Numbered from the stretch's first letter, positions 1-10,238 are shown. The stretch: DNA of 59,972 nt from Ilumatobacteraceae bacterium (GCA_023262255.1 JALRBT010000001.1:1-59972), one strand, 5' to 3'. Translations and numbers: made by a program. Notes: a model not told the origin generated them from the sequence alone.

Positions 1-81
1 TCTGACGTTCGCACAGCGCAGTGCAAAACGGCGACGCCGCATTCGAGGATTGCGGGTGTTGGGCGAACGTGGTCGTGGAGG

Positions 82-1179
82 TTGATAGTGACGGCACTCG
101 ACGACGCGCTCGCGACGATGCACCAACAACTATGGGATGACGCTCGCGGCATGGTTCGGTTGTACGGACTGCACCTTGTACGCGAGACCGCCCTCGGTGC
201 GTTCCTCGACTTGGAAGCCGGCAACGTATCGCGAGCAGAACGCGCATTGCGGGAGGTGCTGAAGCAGCAGTACCCGCCCGACGCCGACCCTCGCTGGGCG
301 GGCACGTTCAAGACGCATGCCAATCAACCGGATGCCGGCACCATCGACGCCGAGGGTCGAACGCGCACCGAGCAGTGGCGCGATTACGACCCCAACTGGC
401 GACAATTCCTCGGGGTCATCTTGTGGCTGACCGAGCGTTTGTACGGGCACGTGCTCCACGAAGAGCTTCGGGCCGAGATGCAGCGCGCCGTCGTGGCCGC
501 CGCTGCGGGTGAACACGTCGGCCGCATCGCGCCGGAGTACTCCAACGTGGCGCTGATGCACTCGTGGCTGGCCGACGTGACGGGGCAATCCACGGGGCTC
601 GTCGCTGCAGTGTCGGGGCAGCTCGACCGTGACGGCGACCTGGCTGAATACAACTCCCCCACCTACGACGCCGTTTCATTGTTCGCCGCATGCCTGCTCG
701 CCGACTTCTCGCCGTCACCGGACGGACGCCAACTTGGAATCGACGTCATCAATCGGGTCTGTTCACGTCTGCAGAACGTGTGGCATCCGAAATTTGCGAT
801 GCAGGCCGGACCACACTCACGGTCGTACGGACTCGACCCCAAACTTTACGTATCGCTCATGTCCGTGCTGATGACCGCCATCGGCGTACCTGCCGCCGGT
901 CCGACCACACTCAACGATGCAACGACGCACGTACACGATCTGTACTTTCTGCCGCTTTTTCGCCGACTGTGTGGCCGTGTACGTCGCAACTTCACACCGC
1001 AGGTCGTCGATACCGCACGACGCCACGTTCAGACGTTCGGCGACATCCGTGCCACGTCGCTGGTCGAGCCGGGACTGATCGTCGGCTTCGAACATGGGCG
1101 GCGAGGTCGATTCGCCCTCGACCAGTACGCACCATTCACCTTCATGTCGTCGTACGGCTTTCTCGGGGTACGAACCTGA
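82..1179 (+). CDS. hypothetical protein (no family recognised); the ORF ends at a TGA that is followed by 213 nt of same-frame coding-like sequence
   Basis: 365-aa ORF with a TTG start and strong GC3 bias. I recognised no diagnostic motif. The frame continues after the TGA at 1177-1179 (see next feature). Confidence 0.6.
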   Translation: MIVTALDDALATMHQQLWDDARGMVRLYGLHLVRETALGAFLDLEAGNVSRAERALREVLKQQYPPDADPRWAGTFKTHANQPDAGTIDAEGRTRTEQWRDYDPNWRQFLGVILWLTERLYGHVLHEELRAEMQRAVVAAAAGEHVGRIAPEYSNVALMHSWLADVTGQSTGLVAAVSGQLDRDGDLAEYNSPTYDAVSLFAACLLADFSPSPDGRQLGIDVINRVCSRLQNVWHPKFAMQAGPHSRSYGLDPKLYVSLMSVLMTAIGVPAAGPTTLNDATTHVHDLYFLPLFRRLCGRVRRNFTPQVVDTARRHVQTFGDIRATSLVEPGLIVGFEHGRRGRFALDQYAPFTFMSSYGFLGVRT

Positions 1180-1392
1180 CCCGACACCGATTGGGTCGAC
1201 GTATTCGAAGTGGCGCCGCACGTCTACCGGGTGGAAACCGCTCGCCTAGCGGGTTCCGACACCCTCCAGGACACCGCCGCACTCACCATCGTGGCATCGC
1301 GGGCACCGATAACGCACGCCAACGAACTGCTCTTCGGCGAGATGTCGCTGCAATTCCCGGGCATCGCCGTGGAGGTGCGTCTGCCGCGTTAG
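1180..1392 (+). other. same-frame continuation of the 82-1179 ORF after a single TGA; either a pseudogene fragment or a read-through/recoded C-terminus
   Basis: Coordinates 82 and 1210 are both in frame 1. The codons after the TGA (ccc gac acc gat tgg gtc gac ...) keep high GC3 until the TAG at 1390-1392. Confidence 0.4.
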
Positions 1393-2474
1393 GTGCCGAG
1401 GGCGGCGAATGCGGGATTCACGACCGAATCCACGATGTGTCGACGAGTCGAGTACGGCGCGAAACCGGAGTCGATGGCGTTCACCACGAGCTGGCGAACC
1501 TCCCCCCACGTCAGATCGAAGGCCGTGGCAACCGCGTGCATCTCACTGCTGGGCGATACGTGACTCATCAATCGATTGTCGGTGTTCACACTCACGTTGA
1601 AGCCCTGCCGCAGGAACGAACCGATCGGATGTTCGCGCACGGAGTTGACGGCACCGATCTGGGTGTTGCAGGTCGGCGCCATCTCCAGGTGTATCTGTCG
1701 ATCAAGCACGTGTTGTGCCAGACGCCCCAAGGCGAGTGATCCATCGCCCTGCCTCGTGGTGTCACGATTCAGCCGCACACCGTGGCCAATTCGATGTGCA
1801 CCGTGGGTAATGGCATCGTTGATCAATTCCAAATCCGGTGGCTCACTGGCATGAATGGTCACGTTCAGATGTTCGCGGCGTGCGACCTCGAGCGCCTCGG
1901 CATGGAGGCGTGGTGGCCAACCGGTTTCGGCACCCGCAAGGTCGAACGCCACGATCTTGTCGTCGACATTGCGTTGCCGCACCACGAAGTCGACGACCTC
2001 CCGCGAACGTCGTTCGGTACGCATCGCGCACACGATGAGGTGTGCCGAGATGTACCGTCCCTCTTCCATGGCCGCGCGCTCGGCTCGCCGAAAGCCTGCC
2101 GTGATCGCCTCCGCGCTCTCCGCAAATGCCATGTGGTGGAGCTCGGGGGCGTACCGAATCTCGGCGTACACCACGCCATCGCGGGCAAGATCGATCACCG
2201 CTTCGTAGGCCACGCGCTCGAGGTGCACGGCGGACTGCATGCATGCAATGGTGTGCGCGAACGTGGCGAGATACTTCAACAGATCCCGCGATTCAGCACC
2301 CGCAGTGAACCACGCCTGCAACGCCGTCGGATCCGTTGACGGCAGGCTGGCAAGCCGCCCGATCTCATCGGAGATCTCCAGAATGGTTGCCACCCGAAGT
2401 CCGCCGTCCAAATGGTCGTGCAACAGCGATTTGGGTACCGCGACGAACGCGGACCGGTTGGTGTCATTCACCAT
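1389..2474 (-). CDS. add: adenosine deaminase
   Basis: N-terminal metal motif LLHDHLDGGLR, TIHASE, and C-terminal SVNTDNRLMS. The 361-aa length is typical. Confidence 0.9.
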   Translation of the reverse strand: MVNDTNRSAFVAVPKSLLHDHLDGGLRVATILEISDEIGRLASLPSTDPTALQAWFTAGAESRDLLKYLATFAHTIACMQSAVHLERVAYEAVIDLARDGVVYAEIRYAPELHHMAFAESAEAITAGFRRAERAAMEEGRYISAHLIVCAMRTERRSREVVDFVVRQRNVDDKIVAFDLAGAETGWPPRLHAEALEVARREHLNVTIHASEPPDLELINDAITHGAHRIGHGVRLNRDTTRQGDGSLALGRLAQHVLDRQIHLEMAPTCNTQIGAVNSVREHPIGSFLRQGFNVSVNTDNRLMSHVSPSSEMHAVATAFDLTWGEVRQLVVNAIDSGFAPYSTRRHIVDSVVNPAFAALGT

Positions 2475-2510
2475 GGTTCGCCTCGATCCGACCCACTCGA
2501 CTCGATGCGT

Positions 2511-3383
2511 TCAGTGGATGATCTTGGAAATCGGCAGTTCGAGGATGTCGGTGGCCCCGGCATCCTTCAACGCCGGAATCACCGTGTTGACGGTTCGCTT
2601 CTCCACCACGGACTCGACCGCCCAATCGCCCGACGCTAGTTTGGACACCGTCGGAGATTTGGCCGCTGGCAACACCTTCAACACCGCCTGATAACAAGCG
2701 TCGCTGACGTTGAGCTTTACCAACACCTTGCCGCGCGCCTCGAGCGAACCCTCCAGGAGGGTGAGCAGCTGCATCATGGCATGGCGTTTTGTCGGATCGG
2801 CATACGACGACGGATTGGCAATCAACTCGGTATGGCTCGTGAGGATGGTGTCGATGATGCGAAGGCCCGCCGCCCGCAAGGCACGACCCGTCTCGGTGAG
2901 GTCCACCACGCAATCGGCGATGTCCGGAATCTTCGCCTCGCTGGCGCCGTACGAGAGCCGCACGTCCGCATCGATACCGCGTGATGCAAAGAACGACTTC
3001 GCCAAACGTGGGTACTCGCTCGTTACTCGAACACCCTTGGGAAGATCCTCCACTTTCTGGAACGTCGAGTCCTGCGCAACCGCTACCACGATGCGGACGG
3101 GGTCGTTCGTGGCCTTGGAGTAGTTCAACTTGCCGAGCGATTGCACGGTGCTGGACGTTTCCTCGATCCAGTCGCGTCCGGTGATTCCGACGTCGAAGAG
3201 ACCCTCGGCAACGTAAGTGGGTATCTCCTGCGGTCGCAGGATTCGCACCTCACCGATACGTGGATCGAGGATCGAGGCCCGGTAGTCCACCTGGGATGAC
3301 CGCTTCACCGTCAGGTCGGCCGCATCGAACAATTCGAACGTCGCTTTTTCCAGTGACCCCTTGGGGAGTACGAGTCGCAACAT
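2511..3383 (-). CDS. hisG: ATP phosphoribosyltransferase, long form
   Basis: N-terminus MLRLVLPKGSLEKATFELF, DVGITGRDW, and VDLTETGRALRAAGL. The 290 aa include the C-terminal regulatory domain. Confidence 0.9.
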   Translation of the reverse strand: MLRLVLPKGSLEKATFELFDAADLTVKRSSQVDYRASILDPRIGEVRILRPQEIPTYVAEGLFDVGITGRDWIEETSSTVQSLGKLNYSKATNDPVRIVVAVAQDSTFQKVEDLPKGVRVTSEYPRLAKSFFASRGIDADVRLSYGASEAKIPDIADCVVDLTETGRALRAAGLRIIDTILTSHTELIANPSSYADPTKRHAMMQLLTLLEGSLEARGKVLVKLNVSDACYQAVLKVLPAAKSPTVSKLASGDWAVESVVEKRTVNTVIPALKDAGATDILELPISKIIH

Positions 3384-3390
3384 GATGGCG

Positions 3391-4329
3391 TCAGGCTAAC
3401 GATGACGCAAGACGTGCACCGTTCGCCCATTCCGACGCCTTCATGGCCGCCCTGCCCTCGGGCTGTACCACGAGGAGACGTATGGCGGCATCATCGCACT
3501 GCACCTCCACCCCATCGCGCGACACTTTAAGCACCGTGCCTGCAACGATCTGCTCGGTCGTCGCACGGACGGTCGCGGTGTCGGTGTTTCCTTCGGTGAT
3601 CGACTCGGCGCGCAGCACTCGTACGCGCTTTCCGTTGAACATGAACCATGCGGTTTCGAGTCTCGTCTTTGCCACAATCTCGTCCGCACGCTCGGTGAAG
3701 CGAAACTCCAGTTCGCCCGGCAACACCTTTGCCGCGTGGATTGGTTCGCCGACCTGCGGCTCACCCGTGCCGCATCCTCGTGTTACCGCCTGGATCAACG
3801 GCGGCAGTGATGCCTCGACGAGTTCCCCTCGCAGCGAGGTGAGCGTATGGTCCGGTCGAATCGGCACCACGACGCGGGCGTACACCACTCCGGTGTCGAG
3901 ACCCTCCTCCACACGCATGATGCAGATACCGGTTTCTTCGTCACCCGCCAAGAGCGCTCGCTCCACGGGGGCTGCGCCACGCCAACGTGGCAGCAGGGAG
4001 AAGTGCACGTTGATCATCGCCAGCCGCTCCAGCACCGCGCCCGGGATGATCCGACCGTAGGCAACCACCACTCCAAGGTCGGCGTCAACGGTGAGCGCGT
4101 CCTCCAGACGATGCGACACCGGGATGCCCAACTCCATCGCCGCGCGCTTCACGGGACTGGGCGACAGCTCCCCACCACGACCGCGCCGCTTGTCCACCCG
4201 GGTGATCACCAACGCAACGTCCACACCGTCTGCCACCAATGCACGCAGTGGAGACACTGCCATCTCGGGCGTTCCAAGAAACACGATGCGCCTCGCAGCG
4301 CCCGTGGGCAATGCGGCGAGAGTGGTCAC
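3391..4329 (-). CDS. fmt: methionyl-tRNA formyltransferase
   Basis: RIVFLGTPEMAV and HFSLLPRWRGAAPVERAL motifs. It lies directly downstream of def. Confidence 0.9.
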   Translation of the reverse strand: MTTLAALPTGAARRIVFLGTPEMAVSPLRALVADGVDVALVITRVDKRRGRGGELSPSPVKRAAMELGIPVSHRLEDALTVDADLGVVVAYGRIIPGAVLERLAMINVHFSLLPRWRGAAPVERALLAGDEETGICIMRVEEGLDTGVVYARVVVPIRPDHTLTSLRGELVEASLPPLIQAVTRGCGTGEPQVGEPIHAAKVLPGELEFRFTERADEIVAKTRLETAWFMFNGKRVRVLRAESITEGNTDTATVRATTEQIVAGTVLKVSRDGVEVQCDDAAIRLLVVQPEGRAAMKASEWANGARLASSLA

Positions 4330-4345
4330 GTCGTACGTATCTGGG

Positions 4346-4867
4346 TTAATCCAGCTTCAAGTGGAACGGTTCGGCGTCCTTGGGTTGATGCTCTCGGGCG
4401 CGATACAGGGTGACGGCCTTCTTACGTTGATCGGGGGTCATCCGATCGAACATGAGCACGCCGTTGAGATGATCGACTTCGTGCTGGAACAGTCGCGCCA
4501 GTAGCTCGTCGGCCTCGAACTCCACCGGATTTCCATCCAGATTGATACCGCGCACGAGCACGGTTTTGGGACGCAACATCTCCACGTACAAGCCGGGAAT
4601 CGACAGACACCCTTCGTCATACACCCACTCACCGCTTGATTCGGCGATCTGTGGGTTGAGGATGACCTTGCGTTCTTCGTCAATGTCGTACACGAAAACC
4701 TGTTTTTGTACACCGATTTGCGTGGCGGCAAGGCCGATCCCCGGCGCCTTGTACATCACGTCGAACATCTCGTCGGTGAGTCGCACCAATCGCTCATCGA
4801 TGTTGGAGACGGGCTCGGCGATCGCCTTCAATACGGGGTCGCCGAAGGTGCGAATCTCGTACGTCAC
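4346..4867 (-). CDS. def: peptide deformylase
   Basis: GIGLAATQIG, EGCLSIPG and QHEVDHLNG motifs. I placed the start at the GTG at 4867 rather than the ORF-track ATG at 4942, whose N-terminal extension looks non-native. Confidence 0.85.
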   Translation of the reverse strand: MTYEIRTFGDPVLKAIAEPVSNIDERLVRLTDEMFDVMYKAPGIGLAATQIGVQKQVFVYDIDEERKVILNPQIAESSGEWVYDEGCLSIPGLYVEMLRPKTVLVRGINLDGNPVEFEADELLARLFQHEVDHLNGVLMFDRMTPDQRKKAVTLYRAREHQPKDAEPFHLKLD

Positions 4868-4884
4868 ACTGTGCAAGGCTACCG

Positions 4885-5487
4885 ATGGGCATGTCGTCGT
4901 CGGATCACTACTTCGCCGAACAACCGGCATCCAACACCGCACCGACCACGCACGAGGTAAAGGTTCGCAAGATGAATCTGACGCTCGCCGGCGATCGTGG
5001 CGTCTTCAACCACGGCGACCTCGACTGGGGTACGCGGGTACTCATCGAAAATGCCGACGTCCCGACGGGCGGTGTGTTGTTGGATCTCGGTTGCGGTGGT
5101 GGTGCGATCGCGGCGGCACTCGCAACGTTGCGGCCGGATGCCGACATCTGGGCAATCGACGTCAACGAACGTGCCCGCGAGGTGGCCCGACGAACCATGG
5201 TCCTGAACGGCATTACCAACGTGCGGATTGCTTCGCCCGACGAAGTTCTCGAGGATGTGCACTTCGATGCCATCTGGTCGAATCCACCGATTCGCATCGG
5301 CAAGTCGGAGCTTCACCTCCTGCTCGAGCACTGGTTTGCTCGACTTGCCCCGAATGGTTCTGCGGATCTCGTGGTTCACAAGAACCTCGGATCCGACTCC
5401 CTCGCCACATGGCTTGGTTCGATTGGCTACCGAGTGCAGCGCCGCACGAGCAAACAGGGCTACCGGATACTGCACGTCAACCGATAG
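4885..5487 (+). CDS. class I SAM-dependent methyltransferase (RsmC/MTS small-domain type)
   Basis: SAM motif LLDLGCGGGAIA and substrate motif SNPPIRIGK (NPPF/H-like). Confidence 0.75.
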   Translation: MGMSSSDHYFAEQPASNTAPTTHEVKVRKMNLTLAGDRGVFNHGDLDWGTRVLIENADVPTGGVLLDLGCGGGAIAAALATLRPDADIWAIDVNERAREVARRTMVLNGITNVRIASPDEVLEDVHFDAIWSNPPIRIGKSELHLLLEHWFARLAPNGSADLVVHKNLGSDSLATWLGSIGYRVQRRTSKQGYRILHVNR

Positions 5488-5516
5488 CCAGACCGCATCG
5501 TCTAGCGTGAGCCCGC

Positions 5517-6446
5517 GTGAAGCGGCGCATCTGGATCGACACCGACACGGCAAGTGACGACGTGGTCGCACTCATCATCGCCTTGCGGCATCCGAACGTG
5601 GACGTGGTCGGGATCTCCGTCGTCGCCGGAAACGTACCTCTCGAGATGGGGGTGCAAAATGCCCTCATCACGTTGGAAAAATGCGGTAGCACCGCTCCGG
5701 TTCACGCCGGCGCCGACCGACCGCTCTCCCGACCGCTCGAATCGGCACAGAACGTCCACGGGCACGACGGCATGGGCGACATCGGACTCGATCTCACGGG
5801 TCGCGTTCCCACGTCCCGTGACGGCATCGATGCGATGATCGAAGCCTTTCGCAACAACCCCGGCCAGATCGAACTGGTCACTCTCGGACCGCTCACCAAC
5901 GTGGCCGTGGCGATTCGCAGTGAGGCTCAATTCACCTCGTGGGTGAAGCGATGCGTGAGCATGGCAGGCACGGGTGTCTTGCCCGGCAACGTGACACCCC
6001 TTTCGGAATTCAACGTGTGGGCCGACCCGGAGGCGGCACACATGGTGTTCGCTTCCGGCATGTACATCGAGATGGTGGGCTGGGACGTGAGCTGGCAGGA
6101 TGCAGCCATCAACGATGCGCTGGCCGCCAATCTGCGCACAATCAGCCCGCTCGCCGAGTTTGCGATGGACATCCAGCGCAATGTTCGAGCTTTCTGCGAG
6201 GAAGTCACCAAGGTGCCGGGCTTCGATTTTCCCGACCCCATCGCCATGTGCGCGGCAATCGACGAATCGATCATCACCAAGGAGGAATCCCGGTACGTCG
6301 AGATCGTCCTTGGTGAGGGCCCTGCCCGCGGTCAAACCATGGTGGATTGGTTGGGAGTCACCCGCAAACCAGCCAACACGAGGGTGGTGCTACGCGCCGA
6401 TCAGACCAAGTTTCACGCAATGTTGCGCCAGGCGCTGCGGCCCTAA
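5517..6446 (+). CDS. nucleoside hydrolase (inosine/uridine-preferring family)
   Basis: N-terminal RIWIDTDTASDDVVALI (DxDxxxDD calcium/ribose motif); 309 aa. Confidence 0.85.
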   Translation: MKRRIWIDTDTASDDVVALIIALRHPNVDVVGISVVAGNVPLEMGVQNALITLEKCGSTAPVHAGADRPLSRPLESAQNVHGHDGMGDIGLDLTGRVPTSRDGIDAMIEAFRNNPGQIELVTLGPLTNVAVAIRSEAQFTSWVKRCVSMAGTGVLPGNVTPLSEFNVWADPEAAHMVFASGMYIEMVGWDVSWQDAAINDALAANLRTISPLAEFAMDIQRNVRAFCEEVTKVPGFDFPDPIAMCAAIDESIITKEESRYVEIVLGEGPARGQTMVDWLGVTRKPANTRVVLRADQTKFHAMLRQALRP

Positions 6447-6491
6447 CGAGGCGAACGGGCAACCACGGGGCGTCGGAAAGAACGCCGGAAA

Positions 6492-6746
6492 CTAGGCGAC
6501 GGGAAGAACGTCGACCACTCGACGCCCGCGACGCTCGGCAAACTTCACCGAACCATCGACCAAGGAGAACAAACTGTCGTCGCTGGCGCGACGCACGTTC
6601 TTTCCGGGGTGCACCTTGGTGCCCCGTTGACGAATGATAATGGTGCCGGCAGTGATCTTTGTTCCGTCGAACACCTTGACGCCAAGCCGTTGCGCGTTGG
6701 AATCGCGCCCGTTCTTTGTTGAGCCGCCACCCTTTGTCTTTGACAT
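6492..6746 (-). CDS. rpmA: 50S ribosomal protein L27
   Basis: [24 protein letters not shown]...[13 protein letters not shown]. Confidence 0.95.
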   Translation of the reverse strand: MSKTKGGGSTKNGRDSNAQRLGVKVFDGTKITAGTIIIRQRGTKVHPGKNVRRASDDSLFSLVDGSVKFAERRGRRVVDVLPVA

Positions 6747-6749
6747 GAT

Positions 6750-7061
6750 TCAGCCTTTCGCGATGCTGGTGATCTTGACGACGCTGTACTGCTGACGATG
6801 TCCGTAGCGACGACGTTGGTTGGTGCGACGCTTATAGGTGAATCCGTCGATTTTGTCGCCGAGTTCCTCACCAACGATGGTGCCCTTCACCGACGCCTTG
6901 GCGAGTTCGGTTGGAGTGGACAACACACTGGATCCGTCAACGACCAATACCGGGCGGAACGACACTTCACTTCCGGCGGCGCCGTCGAGCAACTCCACGC
7001 GCAACGTCTGTCCGTTGGTTACCTTTTCTTGTTTGCCACCCGTGGCGATCACTGCGTACAT
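6750..7061 (-). CDS. rplU: 50S ribosomal protein L21
   Basis: MYAVIATGGKQEKV start; 103 aa; immediately upstream of rpmA. Confidence 0.95.
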   Translation of the reverse strand: MYAVIATGGKQEKVTNGQTLRVELLDGAAGSEVSFRPVLVVDGSSVLSTPTELAKASVKGTIVGEELGDKIDGFTYKRRTNQRRRYGHRQQYSVVKITSIAKG

Positions 7062-7075
7062 AACGGTCTCCTACC

Positions 7076-8842
7076 CTATCGGGCGCTTTCCGGCAGGTCG
7101 GATCCCGCCACCACGGCGGCGTCGTCCTCCAGCAAATCGGTATCCACGATGACCCCTCGACCGTGGCAGGCCTGACACGTATCGGCAAACGCCGTGAGCA
7201 AACCCTCCCCGATGCGTTTGCGGGTCATTTGCACGAGTCCAAGCTCGGAGATGTCGAACACCTGAGTGCGCGTCTTGTCGCGGGCCAATGCCCTACGGAA
7301 GGCCTCCACCACCTTCCGGCGATTCTCCTTCACTTCCATGTCGATGAAGTCGATCACGATGATGCCACCGATATCTCGTAGCCGAAGTTGGCGGGCAATC
7401 TCCTCCGCAGCCTCGAGATTGTTTCCGAGCACCGTTTCTTCGAGATTGGTCTTTCCAACGTTCTTGCCCGTATTCACGTCGATGACGGTGAGTGCCTCGG
7501 TATGTTCGATGACCAGCGAGCCACCGGACGGCAACCACACCTTTGGATCGAGACCCTTACGCAGTTGTTCCACCACTCGGTACTGCTCGAAGAGCGGAAA
7601 GCCCTCCTGCTTTTCATCCCAGAACTCCACGCGGTCGACGAATTCCGGATTAAACGCCCCGATGTAGTCTCGAACTTCTTCGAAGAGCGGTCGATCGTCG
7701 ATGACGATACCGCGGTAATCGCTACTGAATTCCTCGCGAATGACACGAACGGCGAGCGACGGTTCGCGATACAGCAAGGTCGGCGAGCTGGCCTTGGTTG
7801 CCTTCTCCTTGATGCGGTCCCAGCGCTCGACCAATTGCTTCATGTCGGTCGCCAACTCGTGCTCAGTGGCATTTTCGGCCGCCGTGCGCACGATGAGACC
7901 GTGTTCCTCGGGCTTGATTCGATCGAGCACGCTGCGCAGACGACGACGTTCGTTCTCGGGCAGGCGTTTGGAGATGCCGTAGGTCTTGGAGTCGGGTATC
8001 AACACCACGAATCGTCCCGGTAGCGACACTTCCTGGGTGAGACGCGCCCCTTTTTCGCCGATGGGATTCTTGGTGACCTGACAAAGAATCAACTGACCAC
8101 GCTTGAGCACCTGTTCGATTCGTGGTTCCGGGCCCTGTTCGACCACGTCTTCCTTGTCGAACTGCACGTCGCCGCGGTAGAGCACCGCGTTCTTCGGTGT
8201 GGCGATGTCAACGAATGCAGCTTCCATACCGGGAAGCACGTTCTGCACTTTGCCGAGATAGATGTTGCCATGGATCTGCGTTACATCGTCGGCCGGACGG
8301 CTCACGTAGTGCTCGGTCAGGCTGCGCCCTTCGAGCAACGCAACCTGGGTCAAGTCGTTGCGAACGTGCACGCACATGAGATATCGCCCGAGTGGACGTC
8401 CGTCGCGCTCCTTGCCCTTGCGGCGAGCGATCAGATCGGCTTCGGTATCGACGTGGTCACGGGTGGTGCGTGATTGGCGGCGGCCGTTTCCGCGTCCGTC
8501 GTTACGACCTTCACCCCGACCTTCGCCGCGCGACCGATTGCGGCCACCTCGACGCCGACGACGGTTACGCGAACGTCCCCCGCCGCCACCGCCGGTGTCA
8601 CCACCGCGATCATCACGGTCCCGAAGCTCTCGCCCGCGTCCTTCTCGTTGCTGGTTGCGGCTGGGAGTGTCGTCGACGCGGCCGTTCTCGGCGCCCCTCC
8701 GTGCGTCATCGGACCCGTCATCGTCTCCACGCGGAGCTGCGAAAGCGCGACCCGGAGGCGGTGGGATACTTGGCCGACCCTCACGCGGGTGGTCGGGCAA
8801 CTCAACGGGCGAACGATCGCCCTCGCCGAATTCATTCGTCAT
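7076..8842 (-). CDS. rne: ribonuclease E/G family endoribonuclease with an Arg/Gly-rich N-terminal region
   Basis: S1 domain GNIYLGKVQNVLPGMEAAFVDI, catalytic core GGIIVIDFIDM, and a C-terminal Zn-link CQACHGRG. It is followed by rplU-rpmA, as in actinobacteria. Confidence 0.9.
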   Translation of the reverse strand: MTNEFGEGDRSPVELPDHPREGRPSIPPPPGRAFAAPRGDDDGSDDARRGAENGRVDDTPSRNQQREGRGRELRDRDDRGGDTGGGGGGRSRNRRRRRGGRNRSRGEGRGEGRNDGRGNGRRQSRTTRDHVDTEADLIARRKGKERDGRPLGRYLMCVHVRNDLTQVALLEGRSLTEHYVSRPADDVTQIHGNIYLGKVQNVLPGMEAAFVDIATPKNAVLYRGDVQFDKEDVVEQGPEPRIEQVLKRGQLILCQVTKNPIGEKGARLTQEVSLPGRFVVLIPDSKTYGISKRLPENERRRLRSVLDRIKPEEHGLIVRTAAENATEHELATDMKQLVERWDRIKEKATKASSPTLLYREPSLAVRVIREEFSSDYRGIVIDDRPLFEEVRDYIGAFNPEFVDRVEFWDEKQEGFPLFEQYRVVEQLRKGLDPKVWLPSGGSLVIEHTEALTVIDVNTGKNVGKTNLEETVLGNNLEAAEEIARQLRLRDIGGIIVIDFIDMEVKENRRKVVEAFRRALARDKTRTQVFDISELGLVQMTRKRIGEGLLTAFADTCQACHGRGVIVDTDLLEDDAAVVAGSDLPESAR

Positions 8843-9050
8843 GTCAAAAACCTTTCCTGTGGCGGCAAGTCCACGCCGTATGCGCCGGATTCGCCGTGCA
8901 CTTGCGCGGTGCGCACTGCTCCCGTTGCGCTCGCACGCTCGTGCGTATATCGAAACCTTGTGTTGGGTGTTCCCAACTCCGAGTGAAGTCTACCGAGTCC
9001 TTGGCCAAGCCTGGCGAACCCTCAGGATGGCCCGACCCCGCCCCAATTGC

Positions 9051-10238
9051 TCAGGCCGAGCGACGCATTTCGACGCTTTGCACCAGTCCGATCATGATGG
9101 CCCACGCCACCAGGTGGGAGCCACCGTAGGAGACGAACGGCAACGGCAAACCGGACACGGGCGTGATGCCGATCGTCATCCCGATGTTCTGGAACACCTG
9201 CCACGCCAAGGTGGCGAACACGCCGGCTGCGAGAAAACGTCCGAACGGAGTGTTGGCGTTGCGGCCGATGATCCACACTCGAAGGAGAATGAAGGCAAAG
9301 AGCGACACCACCACGATGGCGCCGACCAAGCCGAACTGCTCCCCGATCGCCGAGAACGGAAAATCCGTCGACTGCACCGGGATGAACCGTCCGTTCGTCA
9401 ATTCACCCTGCAGGTAACCCTTGCCGAAGTATCCCCCCGCCGCAACGGCACGCTTTGCGTACCGCACCTGAAGGACGAGGTTCTGCAGGCTCTCGTTGGT
9501 GGTGTTGTTCTGGTTCCACAACGCGGTGAAACGCTCCAGCTGATAGTCGCGAACCACACCGGACCAGATGCTGGCAATGAAACTTCCGACCGCCAGCACG
9601 GTGATGGCCACGAAGTGCTTCTGTTGGGTACCGGCGATGAGCATCACGCCGAACACCCCCGCTGCAATCGTCATGGCGGAACCGAGGTCCGGCTGAAGCG
9701 CAATCAACAAGAACGGCAACCCCGCGATCAGCAACGCCCTCACGAATTCGTCGTACGGGAGCGTTCGTAGTCCGGCATCGGCGAACCACGCAGCGAGCAC
9801 CAACACGAGCACGGGCTTCATCACCTCCGCCGGCTGCACGGCAATCGGACCCAGATCGAACGACAGTTTCGTTTCACCACTGGCCCTACCCCACAGCAAA
9901 AGGATGACCAGCGAGAACGTCGTGATGGAGTACAGCCAGAGCGCCTTGCTGCGCAGCCAATCGTGCCCGAAGAACATGACGGCAAACATCGAGAACGCCG
10001 CCACGATCACGAACAGCGCCTGACGTTGTGTGAAATAGAACGGATCGGCGGCACGCAGCACCAGCCTCGGACTGGTGGTCGAGTAGATGTTGAAGATTCC
10101 GATGACGGTGAGCATCGCCGTGGCGGTGATCATCATCCAGTCGACGTTCCTCCAGGGATCGAGCACGCTGGCAGAACCACGCGGATCCGACGGACGAGGA
10201 CGTACACGAAAGGCAATCGACACGTCAGTCCCTCGCAT
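9051..10238 (-). CDS. rodA: rod shape-determining protein RodA (SEDS family)
   Basis: Polytopic membrane protein with STDFPFSAIGEQFGLVG and GLPLPFVSYGGS. It lies downstream of PBP2. Confidence 0.9.
   Translation of the reverse strand: MRGTDVSIAFRVRPRPSDPRGSASVLDPWRNVDWMMITATAMLTVIGIFNIYSTTSPRLVLRAADPFYFTQRQALFVIVAAFSMFAVMFFGHDWLRSKALWLYSITTFSLVILLLWGRASGETKLSFDLGPIAVQPAEVMKPVLVLVLAAWFADAGLRTLPYDEFVRALLIAGLPFLLIALQPDLGSAMTIAAGVFGVMLIAGTQQKHFVAITVLAVGSFIASIWSGVVRDYQLERFTALWNQNNTTNESLQNLVLQVRYAKRAVAAGGYFGKGYLQGELTNGRFIPVQSTDFPFSAIGEQFGLVGAIVVVSLFAFILLRVWIIGRNANTPFGRFLAAGVFATLAWQVFQNIGMTIGITPVSGLPLPFVSYGGSHLVAWAIMIGLVQSVEMRRSA

Noticed and set aside
6447-6491. Possible bidirectional terminator between the nucleoside hydrolase and rpmA
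   Set aside because: Only a 5-bp stem (GGCGT/ACGCC) with an 8-nt loop and no U-tract; too weak to report.
8358-9770. 470-aa plus-strand ORF across rne and rodA
   Set aside because: It is antisense to motif-rich rne and rodA. Its Arg/Pro-rich low-complexity translation marks it as a typical high-GC shadow ORF.
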